The position numbers were made by a program, and so were the translations under genes. Positions 48,991 to 61,842 of a DNA stretch of 64,000 bases are shown here, piece after piece. Where the stretch lies: positions 1 through 64,000 of the forward strand of contig JBHGNT010000013.1 in assembly GCA_043228905.1 (NCBI GenBank). The letters run 5' to 3'. This stretch comes from Azolla caroliniana. Taxonomy: Eukaryota > Plantae > Polypodiophyta. A model generated the notes under the pieces. It ran no database searches, was not told where the DNA came from, and saw only the letters and a program-made list of their open reading frames with translations. The number at the start of each line of letters is the position of its first letter. Position 1 is the stretch's first letter.

Positions 48991-51163
48991 ACGGTTCACC
49001 ATGGATTTAACAAAACCACACGAATTACAAAAATGGCCAGTTCCTACGGGGCTTAGAGGTTGGTCTTATTCGTCTTCCAATATGCCGACGATATCCTCGG
49101 GGGCGTGGGGTTGGGCTGGCTGCTCGGCCGGTGGGGATGGTGATGGGGGTGGTGTTGCCGAGTTGGGGATGGCAGTGTCGGCATGTGTGCCCTCCTCTGT
49201 TGGGACCGATGCAGGCAGGGTCGGGGTTATAGTCTGTGGCTCCGGTGGGATGTGGCTGTTGGTAGGAGAAGACTTCTCCGGTCTAGCTGCCATGGGGAGT
49301 GACTCGATTCCTTGCTCGGTGTTTGTGGGAGCTCTGTGACTCCCAGTAGCGAGTCGTTCTGCCTCGTACGCTTCGGCTTCTAAACGAAACACCATTAGAT
49401 CGTTGTGGGATGTTGCCAAGCTACGATATTCTTCCGTTAAGTCCTCACGGAGGGTCTGGATGCTGGTGTGATCCATCTTGTAAAACCCTCGGCCCTCCTT
49501 CCGTCGGTTCTCGGCATCTGCGCGTAGTATGTGTAGGTCCGCGGCTTGGGCTGACCACTCCTGCCAAACATGGTCAAGCATTTCTTTGATCTTCATGGTG
49601 AATTGTTGGTGATACTTGCGGATTAGGGTTTTGATTTTGGTATCGTCCATGCCGATGCTCGCGTGGTGAACTTCCAGTGCCTCCCTTGCGGCCTTGGCTT
49701 CTGCGGGCGAAGAGTGCTAACGTAGCTTGATTATCTTTTGCTTTTTCCGTGATGAGCGCGATGGTCTGCTCATAACGGTTGGTCAGTTGTGCTACAGTTT
49801 CATCCCTTTCCAGTCGCCAGGCGTCCCGGTGTTGTTCTTTGACGACGATGTGCTCGTATTGCAACTGTGATATGCATCGGAAATTTTCGCTCATTGCTCC
49901 TCTGAGATCCTCCACTTCTGCATATGTTCGTTGGCCATGTCCTGGAAGGCTCATTGATGACGGTGTAATTCCTGGTTGTCAGCGAAGAGCTCTTGTTCCC
50001 ATTGGCTATTCCACTCGGTTTCTTTGATGAACTGTTCCTTAGCCTCAGTGATCGAGACTTGGAGGGTCATCACCTCTCATTCTCGTGCTTCAAGCGTGGC
50101 CGACCTTTCAGCCAGCAAGCGTTTGAGGTTCGCTTCGTGGCTCGCGGCTTGTTCTCGTTGTTGGCCAAGAATGTTGTTGTCATTCTGTTTGACCATTTCG
50201 GTCAACGCGATCTGGGCCTGAAGCTCCTCCTGGTAGTCCCAAAGGGGAGGCCCTATCTGGGTTGCCGCTTGCTGGAGTCCCTGTCTGTCTTTGTCGCTCA
50301 TTCCATGACTTCCGGATGTGGTGGTGTTTGTGTCCAGGTGTGGCCGGTTTGGGGATGCGGGCTGATATCTGCCTGTGACGATGGCTCACTTGCCTATACC
50401 GAGTCTGTCATTGTGCTAGCCTCGGTCGTGGCTACCGTGGGGTGGGTGGTGTCGTCTTTGTGTGCTACGGTACCTTCAGCACTCGGGCTCGGGTTCGGAA
50501 GAGTGGCTGGTGAGACAACTTCACTCGGCGCAGGGAGGATTAAGGACGGTTGTTGCTGCGTCAATGTCGCCAATTTCTACTCGGCTGCTTGCCATAGGTC
50601 GGCAGCCCGTTTGGCTTGCTGATGTGCCATTTTGATATGTCGGGCCATGTCCTTGGTTGCCCGAGTAGTGTGGTGTAGATTGCGATATGCCTCGACTAAG
50701 GCGATGTTCAGATCCGGTAGTTCCATGAGAAACGAAGCATTCTGAACTTGCTTCTTCCGTTCTATCTTTTGTAAGGCTCGATCCTCATGAGGTTCGATTT
50801 CACCCATTAGCGAGCGTTGGATCGTCTTTGTTTCGGCGTGCTCCTCGGCCATACGAACGGCGGCAGCTACTTGGGCGCGCGCGAGGAAATCCATTAACTC
50901 GTAAGTTGTGCCCAATCGAAGCAGGGCACTGAATTCGTATGCCTCCGCGGGGAGATCTTTGTACCCGAGGACTTCCTCCTTTGATATCTACGTGGTTTGG
51001 CCATGCTCAATCGTTCCGACTTGGAGCCATGACTCCGCTGGTACTATGTCCGTGGAGGGGGGGCTAGCCTCTTTTGATTTCTGTCACTAGTCACCTTCGG
51101 TTTTCGTGGTTGCCTCTCGAATGATACGTCGTCTTTTTGGTGTCTGGTCCTGTGCGTCCGGGG

Positions 51164-51791
51164 TGTTGGGATTACGGTCCCTCCGGATGGGATGGTCGGA
51201 TGTTCGGGAATCGGGAATGAAGACCCGAATGAGGAGTACCCGGTATCGGATCCGGATGATGAAGACCCCGGCTACGGAGCCGGATGATGAAGACCCCGGC
51301 TACGGAGCCGGATGACGAATGTACCCGGAGAGAGATCCGGATGCGGGGACATATTTGTGAATATGTTTGCCAAGGGCCCTTGAGGCTATATTTGTAAATA
51401 GCCCGAAAGTCATATGTGTATAAATATGACTTAGGGCAAACAGTTTTGTTGTTGCTCATTTTTCTGTTTTCACTTAGAGGGAGCGAAGTGAGAGCAGCCG
51501 AGAGAGAGAGAGAAAGGAAGAGGTCGACGCCTCTGTGTAATACCGCCGCCTCTGGCGAGGACAGCGAGCTCAAGGTCGTCGCCTTGCGGCTCGCCATTGT
51601 ACATTCCCTACGTATAGTGATAGTTGGAGTCTTGCACTCCCGTGGTTTTTCCCGTCTAGGGTTTTCCACGCTAAACCCTGTGCATTCGAGTCTCTCTCTC
51701 TGTGTTTTTCGATTTACTTCTGCATTGACTCGTGTTTCCTCGGTTGTGGCCGAGAGGCGAAAGTTTATTGGAAAGCGTCGATTTCTAAACA
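51164..51791 (+). repeat. 5' LTR of E (628 bp)
   Basis: TGTTG...AACA; two copies of a 28-bp unit. Confidence 0.95.
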
Positions 51792-51822
51792 ATCTGGTAT
51801 CAGAGCGACTGCAGTGCAGAAA

Positions 51823-54800
51823 ATGGAAGGCGGCAGCAGCGGGCAGCCGGGGATGATGGTGCTGAATGCGCAGAACTACGCCGACTGGAAGATAAAGATG
51901 GAGGATCTGCTCATTGTTCGGGACCTGTATGAACCGATCGACAGGTCGGAAATACCCAAGGGGGTACTTGAGACGGAATGGAGGCTTCTGAACCGGAAAG
52001 CCGTTGCAACCATTCGGCAATACGTCAACGTGAGCGTTCTACAACATGTGGCGAACGACACCAACGCATATGAGATGTGGCAGAAGCTGTCGGGCCTCTA
52101 CGAGAGGAAGAATGCGTTGAACCGGACCTCCCTGATGAGGAAGATAGTGAACCTCAAGTACCGGGACAGCGAGAATATGGTGGAACACGTAAGCACGTTC
52201 ATGGGATTCGTGAACCACCTTGCGGCGATCAAGTTCCCGTTGGAGGATGCAATGCAAGCCATCATTCTGATGTGTACATTGCCGGAAAGCTGGGAGAACT
52301 TGGTGGTGACTCTCAGCACCTCCTGCACCGAAGATAACTTGTCTCTACAAACGGTAAAGACAAGCATTTTAAACGAAGAAGCGCGTCGGAGAGATAAAGA
52401 ACCGGCCTCCGATCCGAAGATGCTGCTTACCGAATCGGATCGGGGAAGACAGCGGAACCGGAGTCCGCAAAGACGGGAGAAGTCGGGGACCCGGTCGCAG
52501 TCAAGAGGAAGGCCCACATGCATCCACTGTGGGAAGCCGGGGCACTTCCGAAAGAATTGTCGGCATTACCGAAAAGACAACGGAGCCGACGACACCGATT
52601 CGAAGAAGTCTTCGGAACGGAACGGTGCTTACCGGGGAGCCACGGACCGGAATGGTTCGGATCGGCGAGGGCAGGACCGGAAAGGAACGACGGCACTCGC
52701 GGCAAGTGAAGAGGAGATCATGCTCATCACCGAAGAAGGTGAACTAAACATTGCCGGCGACGAGACTACCTGGGTGGTCGATTCCGGAGCGTCGTTCCAC
52801 CTGACCCCGGAAAGAAGATACTTCTCATCCTACACAGCCGGTGAGCATGGCTGTGTTCGGATGGGAAATGAAGGTACGTGCCGGATTGCCGGCATAGGAG
52901 ACGTGTGGTTGACAACCTCGACCGGATGCAAAATGTTGCTGAAGGATGTCCGACACGTTCCGGAGGTTCGATTGAACCTGATTTCGGCCGGGAGGCTAGA
53001 CGATGAAGGCTACACAGGTAGCATCCGGAACTGCATAATGAAATTCAGCAAGGGGAGCCTGATAGTGGCTCGGGCCCGGAAAGTCAACACACTGTACCTT
53101 ATGAATGCCTGGTTGTGTCCGGAGGAGTTGAACGTGGCAGCCGACACTGCCGGTGAGCTGTGGCACAAGAGACTGTGCCACATGAGTGAGAAGGGGATGA
53201 AGAGGCTTGTAGAAGACAACCTTATTCCAGTGAAGCATGTGCACCTGGAGAAGTGCACCGATTGCCTGGCTGGTAAGCAGAACCGAACCTCTTTCCACTC
53301 AAGGCCACCGATGAGACGTAGCGCACCATTGGAGTTGGTGCACACTGACGTGTGTCAAGTAGAAACGAAGTCACATGGCGGAGCCCAGTACTTCGTGACA
53401 TTCATTGATGACCACAGCCGGAAGCTGTGGACGGCACCGTTGAAGACAAAGGACCAGGTGTTGTGCGTTTTCAAAGAACTCCACGCGAGAGTGGAAAGGG
53501 AATCCGGCAAGAAGCTGAAAGCGATACGAGCGGATAACGGAGGCGAATACCGGGGGCAGTTCGAGGAGTACTGTCGCTCGAAGGGAATCCGGCTCGAGTT
53601 TACTGTGCCGAAGACGCCGGAACTGAAGGGGTGGCAGAGAGGATGAACTGGACCATAATGGAGAGGATCCGGAGTATGCTGGCGCATGCGAAATTACCAA
53701 AGGGGTTTTGGGCTGAGGCAATGTCGACGGCGACATACGTCATAAACCGATCACCCTCAGTACCTTTGGATGGAGACACGCCGCAGAGAGTGTGGACCGG
53801 TAGGGAAGTATCCTACCGGCATCTGAAGGTGTTTGGGTGTCTCGCATATGTGCATGTGGCAAAGGAGCGGAGAGGAAAGCTAGATCCAAAGACCCGGCCA
53901 TGCATGTTCCTCGGTTACGGCGATGACGAGTTCGGCTACCGAGTATGGGACCCGGTCGACAAAAAGATATTCCGGAGTCGTGATATCATCTTCATGGAGG
54001 ACAAGACACTCGCCGACTGGGAGTCGGAGAAGAAGATGAAGAGCTCCAAGTCGACCGGTGAGGATCAACTCTACGAGGAGCAGTCCCGACCGGCAAGGGA
54101 CCGGTTAGCACTCGAGGATCCGGCCGAAGACGGTGAAGAAACAGAACCGGCCGAGGAAGATGAAACTGATATCGGAACCGGCCCCGATCCCGAAATGGAT
54201 TCGGATGAAGAGGAAACGGAGGAGCCGGTTACCGAAGCTCCGGAACGGAGATATCCTCTAAGAGAGAGAAGGGCCCCCCGGAGATTTCCGGAACCAGAGC
54301 ACGTGCTGCTAACCGACGAGGGGGAGCCGGAGAGTTTTGAAGAAGCAAAGCTTGACACCCATAGCCGCAGGTGGTTAAGTGCCATGCAGGAGGAGACGGA
54401 TTCCCTGCATGAGAACCACACATATGAACTTGTGGAGTTGCCGACAGGAAAGCGGGCACTTCGAAACAAGTGGGTGTTCAAGCTGAAACCGGGAGATGCC
54501 GGAAACCCCCCGAGATACAAAGCCAGGATCGTGGTGAAGGGGTTCCAGCAGAAGAAGGGCGTCGACTTCGACGAGATATTCGCCCCGGTAGTGAAGATGA
54601 CCTCCATCCGGACGGTGCTGAGCATAGCGGCAAGCATGGACCTCGAGGTAGAACAGATGGACGTGAAGACGACATTCCTTCACGGTGACCTCGAAGAAGA
54701 GATCTACATGCAGCAACCGGAAGGATTCGAGAAGAAAGGGAAGGAGCACCTGGTATGCCAGTTGAAGAAGAGCCTTTACGGTCTAAAGCAGGCTCCCCGG

Positions 54801-55895
54801 CAATGGTACCGGAAGTTCGACTCCTTCATGACCGACGAAGGGTACCACAAAACGCAGTCCGATCACAGCGTGTTTGTGAAGAAGTTCGAAGGAGGAGACT
54901 TTCTAATACTCCTCCTGTACGTGGACGACATGTTGATCATCGGACGGGACCAGGTCAAGATACGGATGCTGAAGAAAGTGCTTCACCGAACCTTCTCAAT
55001 GAAGGACCTGGGTCCGGCGAGGCAAATACTAGGGATGCACATCATCCGGGACCGGAAGAAGAAGCAGTTGTGGCTGTCACAGGAGAAGTACGTGACGAAG
55101 GTGCTTCACCGGTTCAACATGTCGGAAGCAAGACCGGTCGAGTCAACCCTCCCGGCAAACTGCAAGTTGTCCAGCAAGCAAAGCCCCAAGACAAAGGCTG
55201 AGAAGGAGGACATGATGAAAGTACCATATGCCTCTGCCGTCGGAAGCTTGATGTACGCAATGGTGTGTACAAGACCAGACATAGGATATGCAGTCGGAGT
55301 GGTGAGCCGGTACATGAGCAATCCCGGCAAAGAGCACTGGAACGCGGCCAAGTGGATACTCCGATACCTGAAGGGCACGACAAACGTGTGCCTCCGATTC
55401 GGCTCCGGTAAGCCCGAACTCGACGGCTTTACCGATTCGGATATGTCGGCTGATACAGATACCAGCCGGTCCACATCAGGGTATGTGATGACGTACGCAG
55501 GGGGGGCTGTTTCGTGGCAGTCGAGGCTGCAGAAGACGGTTGCGTTGTCAACCACGGAGGCGAAGTACATGGCGGCTGTTGAAGCCGGCAAGGAAATAAT
55601 ATGGATGAAGGACTTCATTAGAGAGCTCGGTATCCGACAGGAGGAGTACCGACTCTACTGCTACAGTCTGAGTGCCATCCACCTTGCGAAGAATGCGGCC
55701 TATCACTCCCGGACGAAGCACATCCAGCGAAGATATCACTGGATCTGGGAAAGGATAGAAGACCAGGAGTTCATGCTGACGAAGATCCACACGGACGAGA
55801 ACGGGTCAGATATGCTGACCAAAGTGCTCACACCCGACAAGCTGGAAGCGTGCTGGAAGAGGGTCGGACTGGAAAGACATCCCATGCCGAAGTGA
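51823..55895 (+). CDS. copia gag-PR-INT-RT-RH polyprotein with one frameshift near 53628
   Basis: CIHCGKPGHFRKNC, VDSGAS, WHKRLCH, LVHTDV, YVDDM and KHI motifs; the NGVAER motif is broken by a 1-nt deletion. Confidence 0.95.
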
Positions 55896-55905
55896 AGGGG
55901 GAGTT

Positions 55906-56561
55906 TGTTGGGATTACGGTCCCTCCGGATGCGATGGTCGGATGTCCGGGAATCGGGAATGAAGACCCGAATGAGGAGTACCCGGTATCGGATCCGGATG
56001 ATGAAGACCCCGGCTACGGAGCCGGATGATGAAGACCCCAGCTACGGAGCCGGATGATGAAGACCCCGGCTACGGAGCCGGATGACGAATGTACCCGGAG
56101 AGAGATCCGGATGCGGGGACATATTTGTGAATATGTTTGCCAAGGGCCCTTGAGGCTATATTTGTAAATAGCCCGAAAGTCATATGTGTATAAATATGAC
56201 TTAGGGCAAACAGTTTTGTTGTTGCTCATTTTTCTGTTTTCACTTAGAGGGAGCGAAGTGAGAGCAGCCGAGAGAGAGAGAGAAAGGAAGAGGTCGACGC
56301 CTCTGTGTAATACCGCCGCCTCTGGCGAGGACAGCGAGCTCAAGGTCGTCGCCTTGCAGCTCGCCATTGTACATTCCCTGCGTATAGTGATAGTTGGAGT
56401 CTTGCACTCCCGTGGTTTTTCCCGTCTAGGGTTTTCCACGCTAAACCCTGTGCATTCGAGTCTCCCTCTCTGTGTTTTTCGATTTACTTCTGCATTGACT
56501 CGTGTTTCCTCGGTTGTGGCCGAGAGGCGAAAGTTTATTGGAAAGCGTCGATTTCTTAACA
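55906..56561 (+). repeat. 3' LTR of E (656 bp)
   Basis: Matches the 5' LTR with one extra 28-bp unit and about 6 substitutions. Confidence 0.95.
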
Positions 56562-57973
56562 CGGGGTCGGTGGTGTTGGCTCCTCAGCTTGTTTCCTCTT
56601 CTGCTGCCGGATGGCCAAGGGATGCTAGCTGGTGGGCCGTGGGCTCAGTTGAGGAGAGGTCATTGATGTCGTTGGCGGCCTCTGGCGTATGGTGACATCC
56701 TCGGGGATGGCCTCCTCGTCCTCATCCCATTCGACACGGGTTGATGTCACCGCCCGTTGTGTTTGTGTTTTTGGTGTGGGTGGGGCCAAGGCGGAAACGG
56801 GGTGTCGAACGCCTGCAGGAGGTGGAGAAGACGAGAATTCTTCCCATTCTTCCTAAGTTATCTCCAAAATCTGCCTGCGTTGTTTCCGTGGTGGTGGTGG
56901 AGAGATCAGGGTGCGACGAGGGGGAATCGAAGGAGGTGGGTAGAGGATTGTAAGGAAGTGGTTGATCACAGGCAACAGACACTTACCGGTTTGGAAGGAT
57001 TCGAGCGCCGCCCGGATTCCTTTGCCTGTGATGATTCCCCAGTCGATTTTGTTTCCCTCGTAAGCATTGATGATGATCATTGCTTTGCTCTCTGGCATAC
57101 TGGTAGGATTGGTATGCAAGAATGCGTACTCCATCAGGATGCGAGATAGGTTCCCCGAATGCCTTGTTGGATCCACCGTAGGTGCGATAGGCTTTACCAG
57201 ATATGGAATACGCACCAAAGGATTCCTTCAAGGTTGTGGAAGGGGGAATCTCGACCTCATGGTCACCTCCTCATTTCAGGTCCAAGGCAGCACGAATCAT
57301 ATTGTTGGTGATTGTGTCTGGGTGGATTCGTCGTGCGACCACTTGGGCATCAGGGTGCGCAGGGGCATCGATAACCTTTAAATAACCACCCAAGCCTCGT
57401 TCCTGAAGCCAAGAGCGGGTTTCCTGTGAAGCTGCAAGAGGCATACTGGACTCGGGGTTTTGCTGTGTGGAAGATTGGGGAAGGAGGATTCGACCAGGCT
57501 GAGACAGAGTGAGGGAAGGAGATGGTTGTGGTGCGGCAGTGGGGCTATGAGGGCAAGAGAGAGCTTGTGAGCAAGAGCGGTTGGAGCGATGAACGTGCTG
57601 AGAGCGAGAGTAAGCTTGAGAGCTTGGAAGTGATGAATGTTGGGTGTGCAAGAAAATGTCTGTGTGTGGAGTGGGCTTGGGGTAACTGCTTTTTAGCGAA
57701 CGCCTAGGGTTTTGTGCATGAAGAGGAGCCTGGAGATTCTTGGGCGTGGATGCCATAATAGGATATTATGCCCACCTGTCCTAGGGAGTTAGTGATGTGC
57801 CTTGGATGCTGTGCATGTGCCTTTAAATACTTAAGTGAATGTGAAAGTGACTAATGGGTGCCTCTAACCTGACGTGATCTGGGTGAGGTGGTAGGTGGTG
57901 TAGGTGGAACTAACTAATTGCTAAAACTATGCTTAATCCTACCTAATGTCTACTTTGGAATGCTGGTGGGTCC

Positions 57974-60900
57974 TTACCAAGGGGGACGTGTGGCCTCCTT
58001 CGTGGCCGTGTCCGTGCCGTGAGACTCGGCAAAAGGGTTGGCTGGGGTATTTCCCTGGTACGGTCGTAGTCGGAATCCATTCACCCATCTTTTGACTATT
58101 TCCCCGGCGAGGGTGCCGAGCTGGAACGTGCCATTAAACTCGTCAATAATCCAAAAGGGGCCACTCCATCGAAATCGTAACTTTCCTGGCATAGTACCGA
58201 GTCGCGTCTGGAAAACGAGCACCGGTTTGCCTATGGTCAGTTCTTTTTCAAATCCCTTCTGATGTCGGTCCACAAAGGCTTTTCGTTGCCATTGGCATTG
58301 GCATTGTTCAAGTTGGGCCATGCTCGCTACTTGGTCCTCGCCAAGTTCAAGGAGTTGTTCCAGCCTCAATTGTTCGGATTGGGCCTCGGGAAGTCGTGCT
58401 TTAACTTGCACTCGGAGACTCGGGACTTGGAACTCGATGGGCATAACGGCTTCTAGACCAAAAGCCATCCGAAAGGGGGTGGATTGAATGCTCGTTTTGA
58501 ATGTCGTGCTGTAAGCCCACAGTGCACTCTGGAGCTTGTCATCCCAATTGGTGTGGTTCTCGTTGACGGTCTTCTTCAGGATTGTTTGGAGAATTTTGTT
58601 AGTCGATTCGGCCAATCCGTTTGCCTGCGGGTAGTATGGTGTGCTTTTCTTATGTACCACTGCGTAGTGAGTCGTAAGTTGGTGTATTATATGGTTTATA
58701 AAGTGCCCACCTTGGTCACTAACGAGCTCAATTGGACATCCATAACGGCACCAGAGATGTTCGTACACGAATTTGGCCGTGGACGCTACCGTGTTGTCTC
58801 ATAAAGCCTTTGCCTCGACCCATTTTGTGCAGTAGTCCGTGGCGAAGATGATATACTTATTACCGGTTCGGGCCACGGCTGGTTTGAAGGGTCCCACAAA
58901 ATCTAACCCCCATTTTTGAAATGGTTCCAATGGAAGAATGGGTTGGTGTGGCATTCGAGCTTGTTCCATCGGCTGTCCCAACCATTGGCACAAGTCGCAT
59001 TGTCAGCAGAACTCGTGGGCATCCTTTTTCGTTGTAGGCCACCATAACCCACTCTGCCATACTTTCCGTGTCGTGGACTCTCCGGCGTAGTGTCCGTCGG
59101 CGATTCCGAGGTGGGCCTCTTGGAGGATGGCCTTCTTCTCGAATTGTCGAATGGCCCAACACCATAGTCCATCCGAGCCTTTGTGATAGAGGATGTCGGA
59201 AACTAGACAAAAGTTGCGGCTACGTACTGCGAGTCGTTTCCGTACATCGAGGGCCATGTGGTCGGGAGGCAAGCCAGTACTAAGGAAATGGGTCATCTCC
59301 ATGATCCATTCATCTTCTTTGTCGTCGGGTTAGCGTTGCGAGATGAAATAAGCCGGCATCGGGTAGATCGTCATACGTGAGCTCGGCAGGGTCTCCGGAC
59401 TCGAGGCGGCTTAGGTAATCGGCAATGGCGTGTTGAACTCCGGGTCGATGTTGTATATGAAAATCAAACTCTTCTAATAGGAGCATCCATCGAGCCAGTC
59501 GACCTGTCAGAGCTTGTTTATTAACCAGGTAGAGGAGGGTCGAGTGATCAACGTGAAAGGTGAATTTTCGGCCTAAGAGGTAATGCCGAAATTTACTGAT
59601 GTTGTAGATCATACCGAGGGCCTCCTGTTCGATGGTTGAATAGTTCTTTTCCACGGCCGAGAGACATCGGCTAGCATAATACACTAGATGATACCAATTT
59701 GGGGGCGTGCATTGCATAAGTGCGCTCCCGATGGCAATATCTGATGCGTCCACGAAGATGTGAAAAGATTCCGACCATCTCAGTGGCTGTACAACTGGGG
59801 CATGAGAGAGCATTAATTTCAATCCTTTGTAAGCCTTGTCCTCAATTGAAGTCCATTGAAAGGGGAGTCGATGCATCGCCGCGTGTAGTGTTGTCGCGAA
59901 ATCGGCCAGGTGGCGTATCATCCGGTTGAGCCATTTGATTTGTCCCAGAAATCGGTTGAGGCCTTTTGCATTCGAGGGTGTCGGGGCTTTTAGGATGGCT
60001 TGTACTGTATCCGGGTCCATGGCAATACCTTCTTGACTGAAGATGTGTCCGAGTAGGTTGCCGCTTGTGACCAAGAACGCACACTTTGCCGGGTTTAAAC
60101 TTAACCGAGCCTGGCGACATAGATCAAGACAGAGGCGTAATTGGGTCATGTGTTCCAGTCGTTGTCCATATATGCGAAGTCGTCGAGAAAGACTTGCATG
60201 AACGTCAGGATATACTCGTTAAAAATTTCGGTGATGATGCGCTGGAACGTAGACGGCGTTGTTTTTAAACCGAACATCATGACTTCTGCCATGAAAACAC
60301 CCCATTCCGTGACAAATGTTGTTTTCTCTTGATCATCCGGGTGCATTCTGATTTGGTTGTACCCACTAAACCCGTCTAGAAAGTTGTAGCATTCGTGACC
60401 TGCCACCGTGTTGAGAACACTATCCGTGAACGAGAGAGGGAATCCATCCGTGACCGTTGCAGGATTAAGCTTGCAGTAGTCCACACAGACTCGGATTTTC
60501 CCGTTTTTCTTGGGGACGACTATGATTGGGCTTAACCATGTGGTGCGTTTTACTAGTCGTATGAACCCAACTCGGAGGAGCTTGTCTATTTCTTGCTTGA
60601 CCTTAGCCGCATAATTGGGGTTCATCCGGTATCGTCTTTGCTGAACCGGTCGAGCGTCCGGGAGAAGGTGGATCTGGTGTTGGTAGTATTGTGGGTCCAA
60701 ACCCTTCATATCCGTGTAAGACCATGTGAATACATCCTGGTAATCGGTGAGTAAGTGGATGAGGGTTGCTCGTTCGCCGGCTGGTAAGTTATTAGCAATT
60801 TGTAGGGTCTGAGGGGTCTTGTCCGAACCGAGGTTCATTGTTTCGAGCATTGATGCCTTCATGCATTGGGAGATGACGAGTTCACGTTCAAAAGCGTCCC

Positions 60901-61842
60901 AAGCGTGTCGTAATTCGGCAATGGTGGGGGGATCGGGCTCATCCTGGGGAGGTGTATTCACCGTGACCTCCTCGTCTAGAGGTGTGCCGACGGTTGACAT
61001 GGCGTCGATTTCGAAGAGAGGTATGATAGCAGGATGGTCTTCTAGGAAATCGTCCACCTCGTCATCGGCTAATCCGTCGAGCATGTGCACCCCTTCCGTG
61101 TATAACGGCGAGGTGTTGTGGGGTGTGGTTACATGTTCGTCAGTTATGATCCGGACCTTGGTTTTTCCTCAACGAAACGAGATCATGTTGCGCTGCCAAT
61201 GTTGTTTGATATTGGTTGTGTGCAACCATGGTCTGCCAAGTAACATTGGGTAAGCCCCCTGTGCTTCGAGCCGTGAACATGTGGCCTCCTAGAGTAAAGT
61301 CGAGGTGGCAGATTATTCCGATGGGGTGAACCAATCATGTGTCGGCCATCCGAAGCCAAAAGGGGCAAGGTTCCCATTGATTCAGGCTGAGTTTACGACA
61401 TGTAGGCTCGCTGATGACATTCACGCCAGAGCCATCGTCGATTATGCACCTGTGCAGGTCCTTCCCTTTAATCATAATTTTTATGGCTGGATTCTGCGCA
61501 TCCATGAGAGGTGGACCCGTTCCTAGCTCGGTCAAGTGCACAGGTGCTACGGTGGACTGGTTGTTGGCCGTGAGTGAAGCCAAGGTGTCCCGAAAATGTG
61601 GCATGAGTGGTAAGAGTTTATGCAGAGGTAAGCAGATCCTGGAACTGGTAAGGGCATCCCACATCTGGTCATCTTCTACCGTCATGGATGGAGCCGAGGA
61701 CTATGTTGCTCCGATGGTCGCGTCTCCCATTTCCGTGTTCATCTGCACCACATTGTTTTTGTTGGCCGTATCCATCCATTCTTTGGCTGCTTGCCGGACT
61801 TCGTCCTAAACTTGCCATGGCGTAGTCTGGGCTTTGCTGCGT
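57974..61842 (-). pseudogene. pol pseudogene of B
   Basis: Fragments 57974-58768 (integrase), 59310-60149 (RT/RH), 60146-61090 (RT) and 61335-61685 (protease). Confidence 0.93.

Larger units (their letters stand above)
51164..56561 (+). mobile_element. Full-length Ty1/copia element E (Tork/Tto1-like)
   Basis: LTRs 51164-51791 and 55906-56561, TSD CGGGG (51159-51163 and 56562-56566), PBS TGGTATCAGAGC (tRNA-iMet, 51795-51806), PPT GAAGGGGGAG (55894-55903). Confidence 0.97.
49066..57444 (-). pseudogene. Extra ORF3 of B, degenerate and split by copia E
   Basis: WLQERGLGGYLKVIDAPAH, AYEGNKIDWGII and AADLHILRADAENRRKEG match A ORF3 segments WFRQHGLDGFLAIMEAPPH, TYEGTKVDWPVL and AAELQLLRADTENRRKEG. 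Confidence 0.85.
48463..61842 (-). mobile_element. Ty3/gypsy element B (family of A), degenerate; contains copia E and is interrupted by F; 5' part lies outside the window
   Basis: 3' LTR, extra ORF and PR-RT-RH-INT fragments collinear with A. Confidence 0.92.

Noticed and set aside
51172-52020. Long ORFs in the copia LTRs and antisense ORFs over gag-pol regions
   Set aside because: Shadow frames of GC-rich, stop-poor sequence; no domain motifs.
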